60,000 nt of DNA from Laetmonice hystrix. Taxonomy: Eukaryota. Within the stretch, counting starts at the first letter, position 1, and every line of letters starts with the position of its first letter. Positions 1 through 12,500 of this stretch are shown piece by piece. The translations under genes were made by a program, and so were the position numbers. The stretch lies in NCBI GenBank assembly GCA_965235115.1, contig OZ249436.1:12960001-13020000 (forward strand), written 5' to 3'. The notes under the pieces are model-generated. The model had not been told where the DNA came from, searched no databases, and saw only the letters and a list, made by a program, of their open reading frames with translations.

Positions 1-195
1 AAGACAGGTTTATGCAATGATAAGCGAAAAATGGCTTCATTTTTGATACGTCAAATTGAAATTTGCCCCCAAAATTATGATTGTTAGGCCAGATGTATAA
101 CTGTCAACCGTATAGGTCTCGTACGTTCGCTTTAGATAAATGGTTGTGATATGTCTACTTCCCATTTGAGTATCTTCTCCAAATTTTAACATTAG

Positions 196-3100
196 ATGCC
201 CCTCGCCTATACCTTTCATTTCCACTACCTCACTGAACTGTTTGCATGGGTAGTAGGCCAGCCTATCAGATGTAGGGACTTCTCAGTATACTGTTTGGCC
301 TCTCATAGTGCTTGTCCTCACAGTATACGGTTTGGCCTCACTGTACTGTTCGGCCTCACTGTAGTGTTTGCTTGGGTACTAGGCAATGCAGTACCTTGTA
401 GGGATTCGTCACTGTACTGTTTGGCCTCCCTGTACTCTTGGGCCTCACTGTACTGTTTGCTTCTATACAACTGTCGCCAGTAATATAGGGACGCCTCATG
501 TTGCATGTTTCCATGCCTTTATTGTCCAAGAGGCAGGCCATCCGTTTCGTCCATCATTTACTCCCATGTAATCTGTGTCCCCTACTGACCACCTGTAAGC
601 GTCCGACAACGTTGTATGGTAGACCCAGTGGATGTTTGCCGTAAAGACTTAATTAACAAAGGCAAATGACGTTGTTCGCCTTTCTATATCAGATATCCCA
701 TCCCAAGTAGAAACAGATGGCAGAGATGTTGCAAGCAAACACCATGGTGCGGTACTGAAGGGTCCGACTGCACTGCCACCTTCCGGCTACCGATGTAATC
801 ACCACCTTAGACCTGGCTGGGCTGGCAGGCACGTATGGCGCTTAGGGGAGAGACAGGTTTATGCAATGATAAGCGAAAAATGGCTTCATTTTTGATACGT
901 CAAATTGAAATTACGGCCCAAAATTATGATTGTTAGGCCAGATGTATAACTGTCAACCGTATAGATCTCGTACGTTCGCTATATGATATGTCTACTTCCC
1001 ATTTGAGTATCTTCTCCAAATTTTAGCATTAGATACCCTCGCCTATACCTTTCTTTTCCACTACCTCACTGAACTGTTTGCATGGGTAGTAGGCCAGCCT
1101 ATCAGATGTAGGAACCTCTCAGTGTACTGTTTGGCCTCTCATAGTGCTTGTCCTCACAGCATACGGTTTGGCCTCACTGTACTGTTCGGCCTCACTGTAG
1201 TGTCTGCTGGGGTATTAGGCAAGGCAGTACCTTGTAGGGATTCGTCACTGTACTGTTTGGCCTCCCTGTACCCTTAAGCCTCACTGTACTGTTTGCTTCT
1301 ACAACTGTCGCCAGTAATATAGGGACGCCTCAGTCATGTTTCATGTTTCCATGCCTTTATTGTCCAAGAGGCAGGCCATCCGTTTCGTCCATCATTTACT
1401 CCCATGTAATCTGTGTCCCCTACTGACCACCTGTAAGCGTCCGACAACGTTGTATGATAGACCCAGTGGATGTTTGCCGTAAAGACTTAATTAACAATGA
1501 CAAATGACGTTGTTCCCCTTTCTATATCAGATATCCCATCCCCAAGTAGAAACGAATGACAGAGATGTTGCAAGCAAACACCAGGGTGCGGTACTGAAGG
1601 GTCCGACTGCACTGCCACCTTCCGGCTACCGATGTAATCACCACCTTAGACCTGGCCGGGCTGGCAGGCACGTATGGCGCCTTGGGGAGAGACAGGTTTA
1701 TGCAATGATAAGCGAAAAATGGCTTCATTTTTGATACGTCAAATTGAAATTACGCCCCCAAAATTATGATTGTTAGGCCAGATGTATAACTGTCACTCTT
1801 ATAGGTCTCGTACGTTCGCTATAGATAAATGGTTGTGATATGTCTACTTCCAATTTGAGTATCTTCTCCAAATTTTAACATTAGATGCCCCTCGCCTATA
1901 CCTTTCACTTCCACTACCTCACTGAACTGTTTGCATCGGTAGTAGGCCAGCCGATAGGATGTAGGGACGTCCCAGTGTACTGTTTGGCCTCTCATAGTGC
2001 TTGTCCTCACAGTATACGGTTTGGCCTCACTGTACTGTTCGGCCTCACTGTAGTGTTTGCTTGGGTATTAGGCAAGGTAGTACCACCTTGTAGGGATTCG
2101 TCACTGTACTGTTTGGCCTCCCTGTACTCTTTGGCCTCACTGTACTGTTTGCTTCTATACAACTGTCGCCAGTAATATATGGACGCCTCATGTTTCATGT
2201 TTCCATGCCTTTATTGTCCAAGAGGCAGGCCATCCGTTTCGTCCATCATTTAGGCCTACTCCCATGTAATGTGTGTCCCCTACTGACCACCTGTAAGCGT
2301 CCGACAACGTTGTATGGTAGACCCAGTGGATGTTTGCCGTAAAGACCTAATTATCAAAGGCAAATGACGTTGTTCCCCTTTCTATATCAGATATCCCATC
2401 CCAAGTAGAAACAGATGGCAGAGATGTTGCAGGCAAACACCAGGGTGCGGTACTGAAGGGTCCGACTGCACTGCCACCTTCCGGCTAACGATGTAATCAC
2501 CACCTTAGACCTGGCCGGGCTGGCAGGCACGTATGGCGCTTAAGGGAGAGACAGGTTTATGCAATGATAAGCGAAAAATGGCTTTATTTTTGATACGTCA
2601 AATTGAAATTACCCCCTGCAAAAATTATGATTGTTAGGCCAGATGTATAACTGTCACCCGTATAGGTCTCGTACGTTCGCTAGAGATAAATGGTTGTGAT
2701 ATGTCTACTTCCCATTTGAGTATCTTCTCCAAATTTTAACATTAGATGCGCCTCGCCTATACCTTTCATTTCTACTACCTCACTGAATTGTTTGCATGGG
2801 TAGTAGGCCAGCCGATCAGATGTAGGGACTTCTCAGTGTACTGTTTGGCCTCTCATAGTGCTTGTCCTCACAGTATACGGTTTGGCCTCACTGTACTGTT
2901 CGGCCTCACTGTAGTGTTTGCTTGGGTATTAGGCAAGGCAGTACCTTGTAGGGATTCGTCACTGTACTGTTTGGCCTCCCTGTACTCTTTGGCCTCACTG
3001 TACTGTTTGCTTCTACAACTGTCGCCAGTAATATAGGGACGCCTCATGTTTCATGTTTCCATGCCTTTATTGTCCAAGAGGCAGGCCATCCGTTTCGTCC

Positions 3101-3598
3101 ATCATTTAGGCCTACTCCCATGTAATGTGTGTCCCCTACTGACCACCTGTAAGCGTCCGACAACGTTGTATGGTAGACCCAGTGGATGTTTGCCGTAAAG
3201 ACCTAATTAACAAAGGCAAATGACGTTGTTCGCCTTTCTATATCAGATATCCCATCCCAAGTAGAAACGGATGACAGAGATGTTGCAAGCAAACACCAGG
3301 GTGCGGTACTAAAGGGTCCGACTGCACTGCCACCTTCCGACTACCGATGTAATCACCACCTTAGACCTGGCCGGGCTGGCAGGCACGTATGGCGCTTAGG
3401 GGAAAGACAGGTTTATGCAATGATAAGCGAAAAATGGCTTCATTTTTGATACGTCAAATTGAAATTTGCCCCCAAAATTATGATTGTTAGGCCAGATGTA
3501 TAACTGTCAACCGTATAGGTCTCGTACGTTCGCTTTAGATAAATGGTTGTGATATGTCTACTTCCCATTTGAGTATCTTCTCCAAATTTTAACATTAG
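196..3598. repeat. One representative 4-monomer HOR unit, A(837)-B(852)-C(861)-D(853) = 3,403 bp (usually 3,402 bp later)
   Basis: Type-specific markers recur every ~3,402 bp (196/3599/7001; 1885/5287/8689; 2746/6148/9550). They include a 12-bp deletion just before the B anchor, a 4-bp insertion in B (CCTCAGTCATG), a 3-bp insertion in C (GTACCACCTT), ATGCGC in D, and a 6-bp GGCCTA insertion in C and D. Confidence 0.97.
228..497. repeat. Internal degenerate 18-bp subrepeat cluster (consensus GGCCTCACTGTACTGTTT), present in every monomer; first copy shown
   Basis: Adjacent 18-bp copies lie at 334-351, 352-369, 423-440 and 441-458. Further degenerate copies lie at about 228-245, 282-333 and 408-422. 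Confidence 0.93.
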
Positions 3599-6500
3599 AT
3601 GCCCCTCGCCTATACCTTTCATTTCCACTACCTCACTGAACTGTTTGCATGGGTAGTAGGCCAGCCTATCAGATGTAGGGACTTCTCAGTATACTGTTTG
3701 GCCTCTCATAGTGCTTGTCCTCACAGTATACGGTTTGGCCTCACTGTACTGTTCGGCCTCACTGTAGTGTTTGCTTGGGTACTAGGCAATGCAGTACCTT
3801 GTAGGGATTCGTCACTGTACTGTTTGGCCTCCCTGTACTCTTGGGCCTCACTGTACTGTTTGCTTCTATACAACTGTCGCCAGTAATATAGGGACGCCTC
3901 ATGTTGCATGTTTCCATGCCTTTATTGTCCAAGAGGCAGGCCATCCGTTTCGTCCATCATTTACTCCCATGTAATCTGTGTCCCCTACTGACCACCTGTA
4001 AGCGTCCGACAACGTTGTATGGTAGACCCAGTGGATGTTTGCCGTAAAGACTTAATTAACAAAGGCAAATGACGTTGTTCGCCTTTCTATATCAGATATC
4101 CCATCCCAAGTAGAAACAGATGGCAGAGATGTTGCAAGCAAACACCATGGTGCGGTACTGAAGGGTCCGACTGCACTGCCACCTTCCGGCTACCGATGTA
4201 ATCACCACCTTAGACCTGGCTGGGCTGGCAGGCACGTATGGCGCTTAGGGGAGAGACAGGGTTATGCAATGATAAGCGAAAAATGGCTTCATTTTTGATA
4301 CGTCAAATTGAAATTACGGCCCAATATTATGATTGTTAGGCCAGATGTATAACTGTCAACCGTATAGATCTCGTACGTTCGCTATATGATATGTCTACTT
4401 CCCATTTGAGTATCTTCTCCAAATTTTAGCATTAGATACCCTCGCCTATACCTTTCTTTTCCACTACCTCACTGAACTGTTTGCATGGGTAGTAGGCCAG
4501 CCTATCAGATGTAGGAACCTCTCAGTGTACTGTTTGGCCTCTCATAGTGCTTGTCCTCACAGCATACGGTTTGGCCTCACTGTACTGTTCGGCCTCACTG
4601 TAGTGTCTGCTGGGGTATTAGGCAAGGCAGTACCTTGTAGGGACTTGTCACTGTACTGTTTGGCCTCCCTGTACCCTTGAGCCTCACTGTACTGTTTGCT
4701 TCTACAACTGTCGCCAGTAATATAGGGACGCCTCAGTCATGTTTCATGTTTCCATGCCTTTATTGTCCAAGAGGCAGGCCATCCGTTTCATCCATCATTT
4801 ACTCCCATGTAATCTGTGTCCCTACTGACCACCTGTAAGCGTCCGACAACGTTGTATGGTAGACCCAGTGGATGTTTGCCGTAAAGACTTAATTAACAAT
4901 GACAAATGACGTTGTTCCCCTTTCTAAATCAGATATCCCATCCCCAAGTAGAAACGAATGACAGAGATGTTGCAAGCAAACACCAGGGTGCGGTACTGAA
5001 GGGTCCGACTGCACTGCCACCTTCCGGCTACCGATGTAATCACCACCTTAGACCTGGCCGGGCGTGCAGGCACGTATGGCGCCTAGGGGAGAGACAGGTT
5101 TATGCAATGATAAGCGAAAAATGGCTTCATTTTTGATACGTCAAATTGAAATTACGCCCCCAAAATTATGATTGTTAGGCCAGATGTATAACTGTCACTC
5201 TTATAGGTCTCGTACGTTCGCTATAGATAAATGGTTGTGATATGTCTACTTCCAATTTGAGTATCTTCTCCAAATTTTAACATTAGATGCCCCTCGCCTA
5301 TACCTTTCACTTCCACTACCTCACTGAACTGTTTGCATCGGTAGTAGGCCAGCCGATAGGATGTAGGGACGTCCCAGTGTACTGTTTGGCCTCTCATAGT
5401 GCTTGTCCTCACAGTATACGGTTTGGCCTCACTGTACTGTTCGGCCTCACTGTAGTGTTTGCTTGGGTATTAGGCAAGGTAGTACCACCTTGTAGGGATT
5501 CGTCACTGTACTGTTTGGCCTCCCTGTACTCTTTGGCCTCACTGTACTGTTTGCTTCTATACAACTGTCGCCAGTAATATATGGACGCCTCATGTTTCAT
5601 GTTTCCATGCCTTTATTGTCCAAGAGGCAGGCCATCCGTTTCGTCCATCATTTAGGCCTACTCCCATGTAATGTGTGTCCCCTACTGACCACCTGTAAGC
5701 GTCCGACAACGTTGTATGGTAGACCCAGTGGATGTTTGCCGTAAAGACCTAATTATCAAAGGCAAATGACGTTGTTCCCCTTTCTATATCAGATATCCCA
5801 TCCCAAGTAGAAACAGATGGCAGAGATGTTGCAGGCAAACACCAGGGTGCGGTACTGAAGGGTCCGACTGCACTGCCACCTTCCGGCTAACGATGTAATC
5901 ACCACCTTAGACCTGGCCGGGCTGGCAGGCACGTATGGCGCTTAAGGGAGAGACAGGTTTATGCAATGATAAGCGAAAAATGGCTTTATTTTTGATACGT
6001 CAAATTGAAATTACCCCCTGCAAAAATTATGATTGTTAGGCCAGATGTATAACTGTCACCCGTATAGGTCTCGTACGTTCGCTAGAGATAAATGGTTGTG
6101 ATATGTCTACTTCCCATTTGAGTATCTTCTCCAAATTTTAACATTAGATGCGCCTCGCCTATACCTTTCATTTCTACTACCTCACTGAATTGTTTGCATG
6201 GGTAGTAGGCCAGCCGATCAGATGTAGGGACTTCTCAGTGTACTGTTTGGCCTCTCATAGTGCTTGTCCTCACAGTATACGGTTTGGCCTCACTGTACTG
6301 TTCGGCCTCACTGTAGTGTTTGCTTGGGTATTAGGCAAGGCAGTACCTTGTAGGGATTCGTCACTGTACTGTTTGGCCTCCCTGTACTCTTTGGCCTCAC
6401 TGTACTGTTTGCTTCTACAACTGTCGCCAGTAATATAGGGACGCCTCATGTTTCATGTTTCCATGCCTTTATTGTCCAAGAGGCAGGCCATCCGTTTCGT

Positions 6501-9500
6501 CCATCATTTAGGCCTACTCCCATGTAATGTGTGTCCCCTACTGACCACCTGTAAGCGTCCGACAACGTTGTATGGTAGACCCAGTGGATGTTTGCCGTAA
6601 AGACCTAATTAACAAAGGCAAATGACGTTGTTCGCCTTTCTATATCAGATATCCCATCCCAAGTAGAAACGGATGACAGAGATGTTGCAAGCAAACACCA
6701 GGGTGCGGTACTAAAGGGTCCGACTGCACTGCCACCTTCCGACTACCGATGTAATCACCACCTTAGACCTGGCCGGGCTGGCAGGCACGTATGGCGCTTA
6801 GGGGAAAGACAGGTTTATGCAATGATAAGCGAAAAATGGCTTCATTTTTGATACGTCAAATTGAAATTTGCCCCCAAAATTATGATTGTTAGGCCAGATG
6901 TATAACTGTCAACCGTATAGGTCTCGTACGTTCGCTTTAGATAAATGGTTGTGATATGTCTACTTCCCATTTGAGTATCTTCTCCAAATTTTAACATTAG
7001 ATGCCCCTCGCCTATACCTTTCATTTCCACTACCTCACTGAACTGTTTGCATGGGTAGTAGGCCAGCCTATCAGATGTAGGGACTTCTCAGTATACTGTT
7101 TGGCCTCTCATAGTGCTTGTCCTCACAGTATACGGTTTGGCCTCACTGTACTGTTCGGCCTCACTGTAGTGTTTGCTTGGGTACTAGGCAATGCAGTACC
7201 TTGTAGGGATTCGTCACTGTACTGTTTGGCCTCCCTGTACTCTTGGGCCTCACTGTACTGTTTGCTTCTATACAACTGTCGCCAGTAATATAGGGACGCC
7301 TCATGTTGCATGTTTCCATGCCTTTATTGTCCAAGAGGCAGGCCATCCGTTTCGTCCATCATTTACTCCCATGTAATCTGTGTCCCCTACTGACCACCTG
7401 TAAGCGTCCGACAACGTTGTATGGTAGACCCAGTGGATGTTTGCCGTAAAGACTTAATTAACAAAGGCAAATGACGTTGTTCGCCTTTCTATATCAGATA
7501 TCCAATCCCAAGTAGAAACAGATGGCAGAGATGTTGCAAGCAAACACCATGGTGCGGTACTGAAGGGTCCGACTGCACTGCCACCTTCCGGCTACCGATG
7601 TAATCACCACCTTAGACCTGGCTGGGCTGGCAGGCACGTATGGCGCTTAGGGGAGAGACAGGGTTATGCAATGATAAGCGAAAAATGGCTTCATTTTTGA
7701 TACGTCAAATTGAAATTACGGCCCAAAATTATGATTGTTAGGCCAGATGTATAACTGTCAACCGTATAGATCTCGTACGTTCGCTATATGATATGTCTAC
7801 TTCCCATTTGAGTATCTTCTCCAGATTTTAGCATTAGATACCCTCGCCTATACCTTTCTTTTCCACTACCTCACTGAACTGTTTGCATGGGTAGTAGGCC
7901 AGCCTATCAGATGTAGGAACCTCTCAGTGTACTGTTTGGCCTCTCATAGTGCTTGTCCTCACAGCATACGGTTTGGCCTCACTGTACTGTTCGGCCTCAC
8001 TGTAGTGTCTGCTGGGGTATTAGGCAAGGCAGTACCTTGTAGGGATTCGTCACTGTACTGTTTGGCCTCCCTGTACCCTTGAGCCTCACTGTACTGTTTG
8101 CTTCTACAACTGTCGCCAATAATATAGGGACGCCTCAGTCATGTTTCATGTTTCCATGCCTTTATTGTCCAAGAGGCAGGCCATCCGTTTCATCCATCAT
8201 TTACTCCCATGTAATCTGTGTCCCTACTGACCACCTGTAAGCGTCCGACAACGTTGTATGGTAGACCCAGTGGATGTTTGCCGTAAAGACTTAATTAACA
8301 ATGACAAATGACGTTGTTCCCCTTTCTAAATCAGATATCCCATCCCCAAGTAGAAACGAATGACAGAGATGTTGCAAGCAAACACCAGGGTGCGGTACTG
8401 AAGGGTCCGACTGCACTGCCACCTTCCGGCTACCGATGTAATCACCACCTTAGACCTGGCCGGGCGTGCAGGCACGTATGGCGCCTAGGGGAGAGACAGG
8501 TTTATGCAATGATAAGCGAAAAATGGCTTCATTTTTGATACGTCAAATTGAAATTACGCCCCCAAAATTATGATTGTTAGGCCAGATGTATAACTGTCAC
8601 TCTTATAGGTCTCGTACGTTCGCTATAGATAAATGGTTGTGATATGTCTACTTCCAATTTGAGTATCTTCTCCAAATTTTAACATTAGATGCCCCTCGCC
8701 TATACCTTTCACTTCCACTACCTCACTGAACTGTTTGCATCGGTAGTAGGCCAGCCGATAGGATGTAGGGACGTCCCAGTGTACTGTTTGGCCTCTCATA
8801 GTGCTTGTCCTCACAGTATACGGTTTGGCCTCACTGTACTGTTCGGCCTCACTGTAGTGTTTGCTTGGGTATTAGGGAAGGTAGTACCACCTTGTAGGGA
8901 TTCGTCACTGTACTGTTTGGCCTCCCTGTACTCTTTGGCCTCACTGTACTGTTTGCTTCTATACAACTGTCGCCAGTAATATATGGACGCCTCATGTTTC
9001 ATGTTTCCATGCCTTTATTGTCCAAGAGGCAGGCCATCCGTTTCGTCCATCATTTAGGCCTACTCCCATGTAATGTGTGTCCCCTACTGACCACCTGTAA
9101 GCGTCCGACAACGTTGTATGGTAGACCCAGTGGATGTTTGCCGTAAAGACCTAATTATCAAAGGCAAATGACGTTGTTCCCCTTTCTATATCAGATATCC
9201 CATCCCAAGTAGAAACAGATGGCAGAGATGTTGCAGGCAAACACCAGGGTGCGGTACTGAAGGGTCCGACTGCACTGCCACCTTCCGGCTAACGATGTAA
9301 TCACCACCTTAGACCTGGCCGGGCTGGCAGGCACGTATGGCGCTTAAGGGAGAGACAGGTTTATGCAATGATAAGCGAAAAATGGCTTTATTTTTGATAC
9401 GTCAAATTGAAATTACCCCCTGCAAAAATTATGATTGTTAGGCCAGATGTATAACTGTCACCCGTATAGGTCTCGTACGTTCGCTAGAGATAAATGGTTG

Positions 9501-12500
9501 TGATATGTCTACTTCCCATTTGAGTATCTTCTCCAAATTTTAACATTAGATGCGCCTCGCCTATACCTTTCATTTCTACTACCACACTGAATTGTTTGCA
9601 TGGGTAGTAGGCCAGCCGATCAGATGTAGGGACTTCTCAGTGTACTGTTTGGCCTCTCATAGTGCTTGTCCTCACAGTATACGGTTTGGCCTCACTGTAC
9701 TGTTCGGCCTCACTGTAGTGTTTGCTTGGGTATTAGGCAAGGCAGTACCTTGTAGGGATTCGTCACTGTACTGTTTGGCCTCCCTGTACTCTTTGGCCTC
9801 ACTGTACTGTTTGCTTCTACAACTGTCGCCAGTAATATAGGGACGCCTCATGTTTCATGTTTCCATGCCTTTATTGTCCAAGAGGCAGGCCATCCGTTTC
9901 GTCCATCATTTAGGCCTACTCCCATGTAATGTGTGTCCCCTACTGACCACCTGTAAGCGTCCGACAACGTTGTATGGTAGACCCAGTGGATGTTTGCCGT
10001 AAAGACCTAATTAACAAAGGCAAATGACGTTGTTCGCCTTTCTATATCAGATATCCCATCCCAAGTAGAAACGGATGACAGAGATGTTGCAAGCAAACAC
10101 CAGGGTGCGGTACTAAAGGGTCCGACTGCACTGCCACCTTCCGACTACCGATGTAATCACCACCTTAGACCTGGCCGGGCTGGCAGGCACGTATGGCGCT
10201 TAGGGGAAAGACAGGTTTATGCAATGATAAGCGAAAAATGGCTTCATTTTTGATACGTCAAATTGAAATTTGCCCCCAAAATTATGATTGTTAGGCCAGA
10301 TGTATAACTGTCAACCGTATAGGTCTCGTACGTTCGCTTTAGATAAATGGTTGTGATATGTCTACTTCCCATTTGAGTATCTTCTCCAAATTTTAACATT
10401 AGATGCCCCTCGCCTATACCTTTCATTTCCACTACCTCACTGAACTGTTTGCATGGGTAGTAGGCCAGCCTATCAGATGTAGGGACTTCTCAGTATACTG
10501 TTTGGCCTCTCATAGTGCTTGTCCTCACAGTATACGGTTTGGCCTCACTGTACTGTTCGGCCTCACTGTAGTGTTTGCTTGGGTATTAGGCAATGCAGTA
10601 CCTTGTAGGGATTCGTCACTGTACTGTTTGGCCTCCCTGTACTCTTTGGCCTCACTGTACTGTTTGCTTCTATACAACTGTCGCCAGTAATATATGGACG
10701 CCTCATGTTTCATGTTTCCATGCCTTTATTGTCCAAGAGGCAGGCCATCCGTTTCGTCCATCATTTAGGCCTACTCCCATGTAATGTGTGTCCCCTACTG
10801 ACCACCTGTAAGCGTCCGACAACGTTGTATGGTAGACCCAGTGGATGTTTGCCGTAAAGACCTAATTATCAAAGGCAAATGACGTTGTTCCCCTTTCTAT
10901 ATCAGATATCCCATCCCAAGTAGAAACAGATGGCAGAGATGTTGCAGGCAAACACCAGGGTGCGGTACTGAAGGGTCCGACTGCACTGCCACCTTCCGGC
11001 TAACGATGTAATCACCACCTTAGACCTGGCCGGGCTGGCAGGCACGTATGGCGCTTAAGGGAGAGACAGGTTTATGCAATGATAAGCGAAAAATGGCTTT
11101 ATTTTTGATACGTCAAATTGAAATTACCCCCTGCAAAAATTATGATTGTTAGGCCAGATGTATAACTGTCACCCGTATAGGTCTCGTACGTTCGCTAGAG
11201 ATAAATGGTTGTGATATGTCTACTTCCCATTTGAGTATCTTCTCCAAATTTTAACATTAGATGCGCCTCGCCTATACCTTTCATTTCTACTACCTCACTG
11301 AATTGTTTGCATGGGTAGTAGGCCAGCCGATCAGATGTAGGGACTTCTCAGTGTACTGTTTGGCCTCTCATAGTGCTTGTCCTCACAGTATACGGTTTGG
11401 CCTCACTGTACTGTTCGGCCTCACTGTAGTGTTTGCTTGGGTATTAGGCAAGGCAGTACCTTGTAGGGATTCGTCACTGTACTGTTTGGCCTCCCTGTAC
11501 TCTTTGGCCTCACTGTACTGTTTGCTTCTACAACTGTCGCCAGTAATATAGGGACGCCTCATGTTTCATGTTTCCATGCCTTTATTGTCCAAGAGGCAGG
11601 CCATCCGTTTCGTCCATCATTTAGGCCTACTCCCATGTAATGTGTGTCCCCTACTGACCACCTGTAAGCGTCCGACAACGTTGTATGGTAGACCCAGTGG
11701 ATGTTTGCCGTAAAGACCTAATTAACAAAGGCAAATGACGTTGTTCGCCTTTCTATATCAGATATCCCATCCCAAGTAGAAACGGATGACAGAGATGTTG
11801 CAAGCAAACACCAGGGTGCGGTACTAAAGGGTCCGACTGCACTGCCACCTTCCGACTACCGATGTAATCACCACCTTAGACCTGGCCGGGCTGGCAGGCA
11901 CGTATGGCGCTTAGGGGAAAGACAGGTTTATGCAATGATAAGCGAAAAATGGCTTCATTTTTGATACGTCAAATTGAAATTTGCCCCCAAAATTATGATT
12001 GTTAGGCCAGATGTATAACTGTCAACCGTATAGGTCTCGTACGTTCGCTTTAGATAAATGGTTGTGATATGTCTACTTCCCATTTGAGTATCTTCTCCAA
12101 ATTTTAACATTAGATGCCCCTCGCCTATACCTTTCATTTCCACTACCTCACTGAACTGTTTGCATGGGTAGTAGGCCAGCCTATCAGATGTAGGGACTTC
12201 TCAGTATACTGTTTGGCCTCTCATAGTGCTTGTCCTCACAGTATACGGTTTGGCCTCACTGTACTGTTCGGCCTCACTGTAGTGTTTGCTTGGGTACTAG
12301 GCAATGCAGTACCTTGTAGGGATTCGTCACTGTACTGTTTGGCCTCCCTGTACTCTTGGGCCTCACTGTACTGTTTGCTTCTATACAACTGTCGCCAGTA
12401 ATATAGGGACGCCTCATGTTGCATGTTTCCATGCCTTTATTGTCCAAGAGGCAGGCCACCCGTTTCGTCCATCATTTACTCTCATGTAATCTGTGTCCCC

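Noticed and set aside
30..60. ATTTTTGA as an Sm site of an snRNA or spliced-leader RNA repeat
   Set aside because: It is a short motif in an AT-rich patch, with no recognisable U-snRNA or SL sequence and no canonical donor or flanking stem-loops.
228..497. 18-bp repeats as a CRISPR array
   Set aside because: The repeats are mostly adjacent and degenerate, lack unique spacers, are identical in every monomer, and there are no cas genes.
540..556. CENP-B box-like sequence (TCCGTTTC)
   Set aside because: It lacks the required TTCG-N4-A-N2-CGGG core on either strand.
536..575. Minus-strand GGACGAAAC suggesting a satellite-borne hammerhead ribozyme
   Set aside because: There is no upstream CUGANGA core and no stem II at the required position.
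518..600. Minus-strand TTACAG acceptor followed by AATAAA as a repeated terminal exon
   Set aside because: There is no polypyrimidine tract and the peptide is unrecognisable; both motifs are expected by chance in 850 bp.
692..847. Minus-strand patches resembling 5S rRNA (GCCATAC, CGGAAG..GCAG..GTCGG, TACTTGGGATGGGA)
   Set aside because: The matches are short and need large gaps; spacing does not fit a 120-nt 5S and I could not form the terminal helix. Not a 5S gene; Infernal against RF00001 would test for a remote relic.
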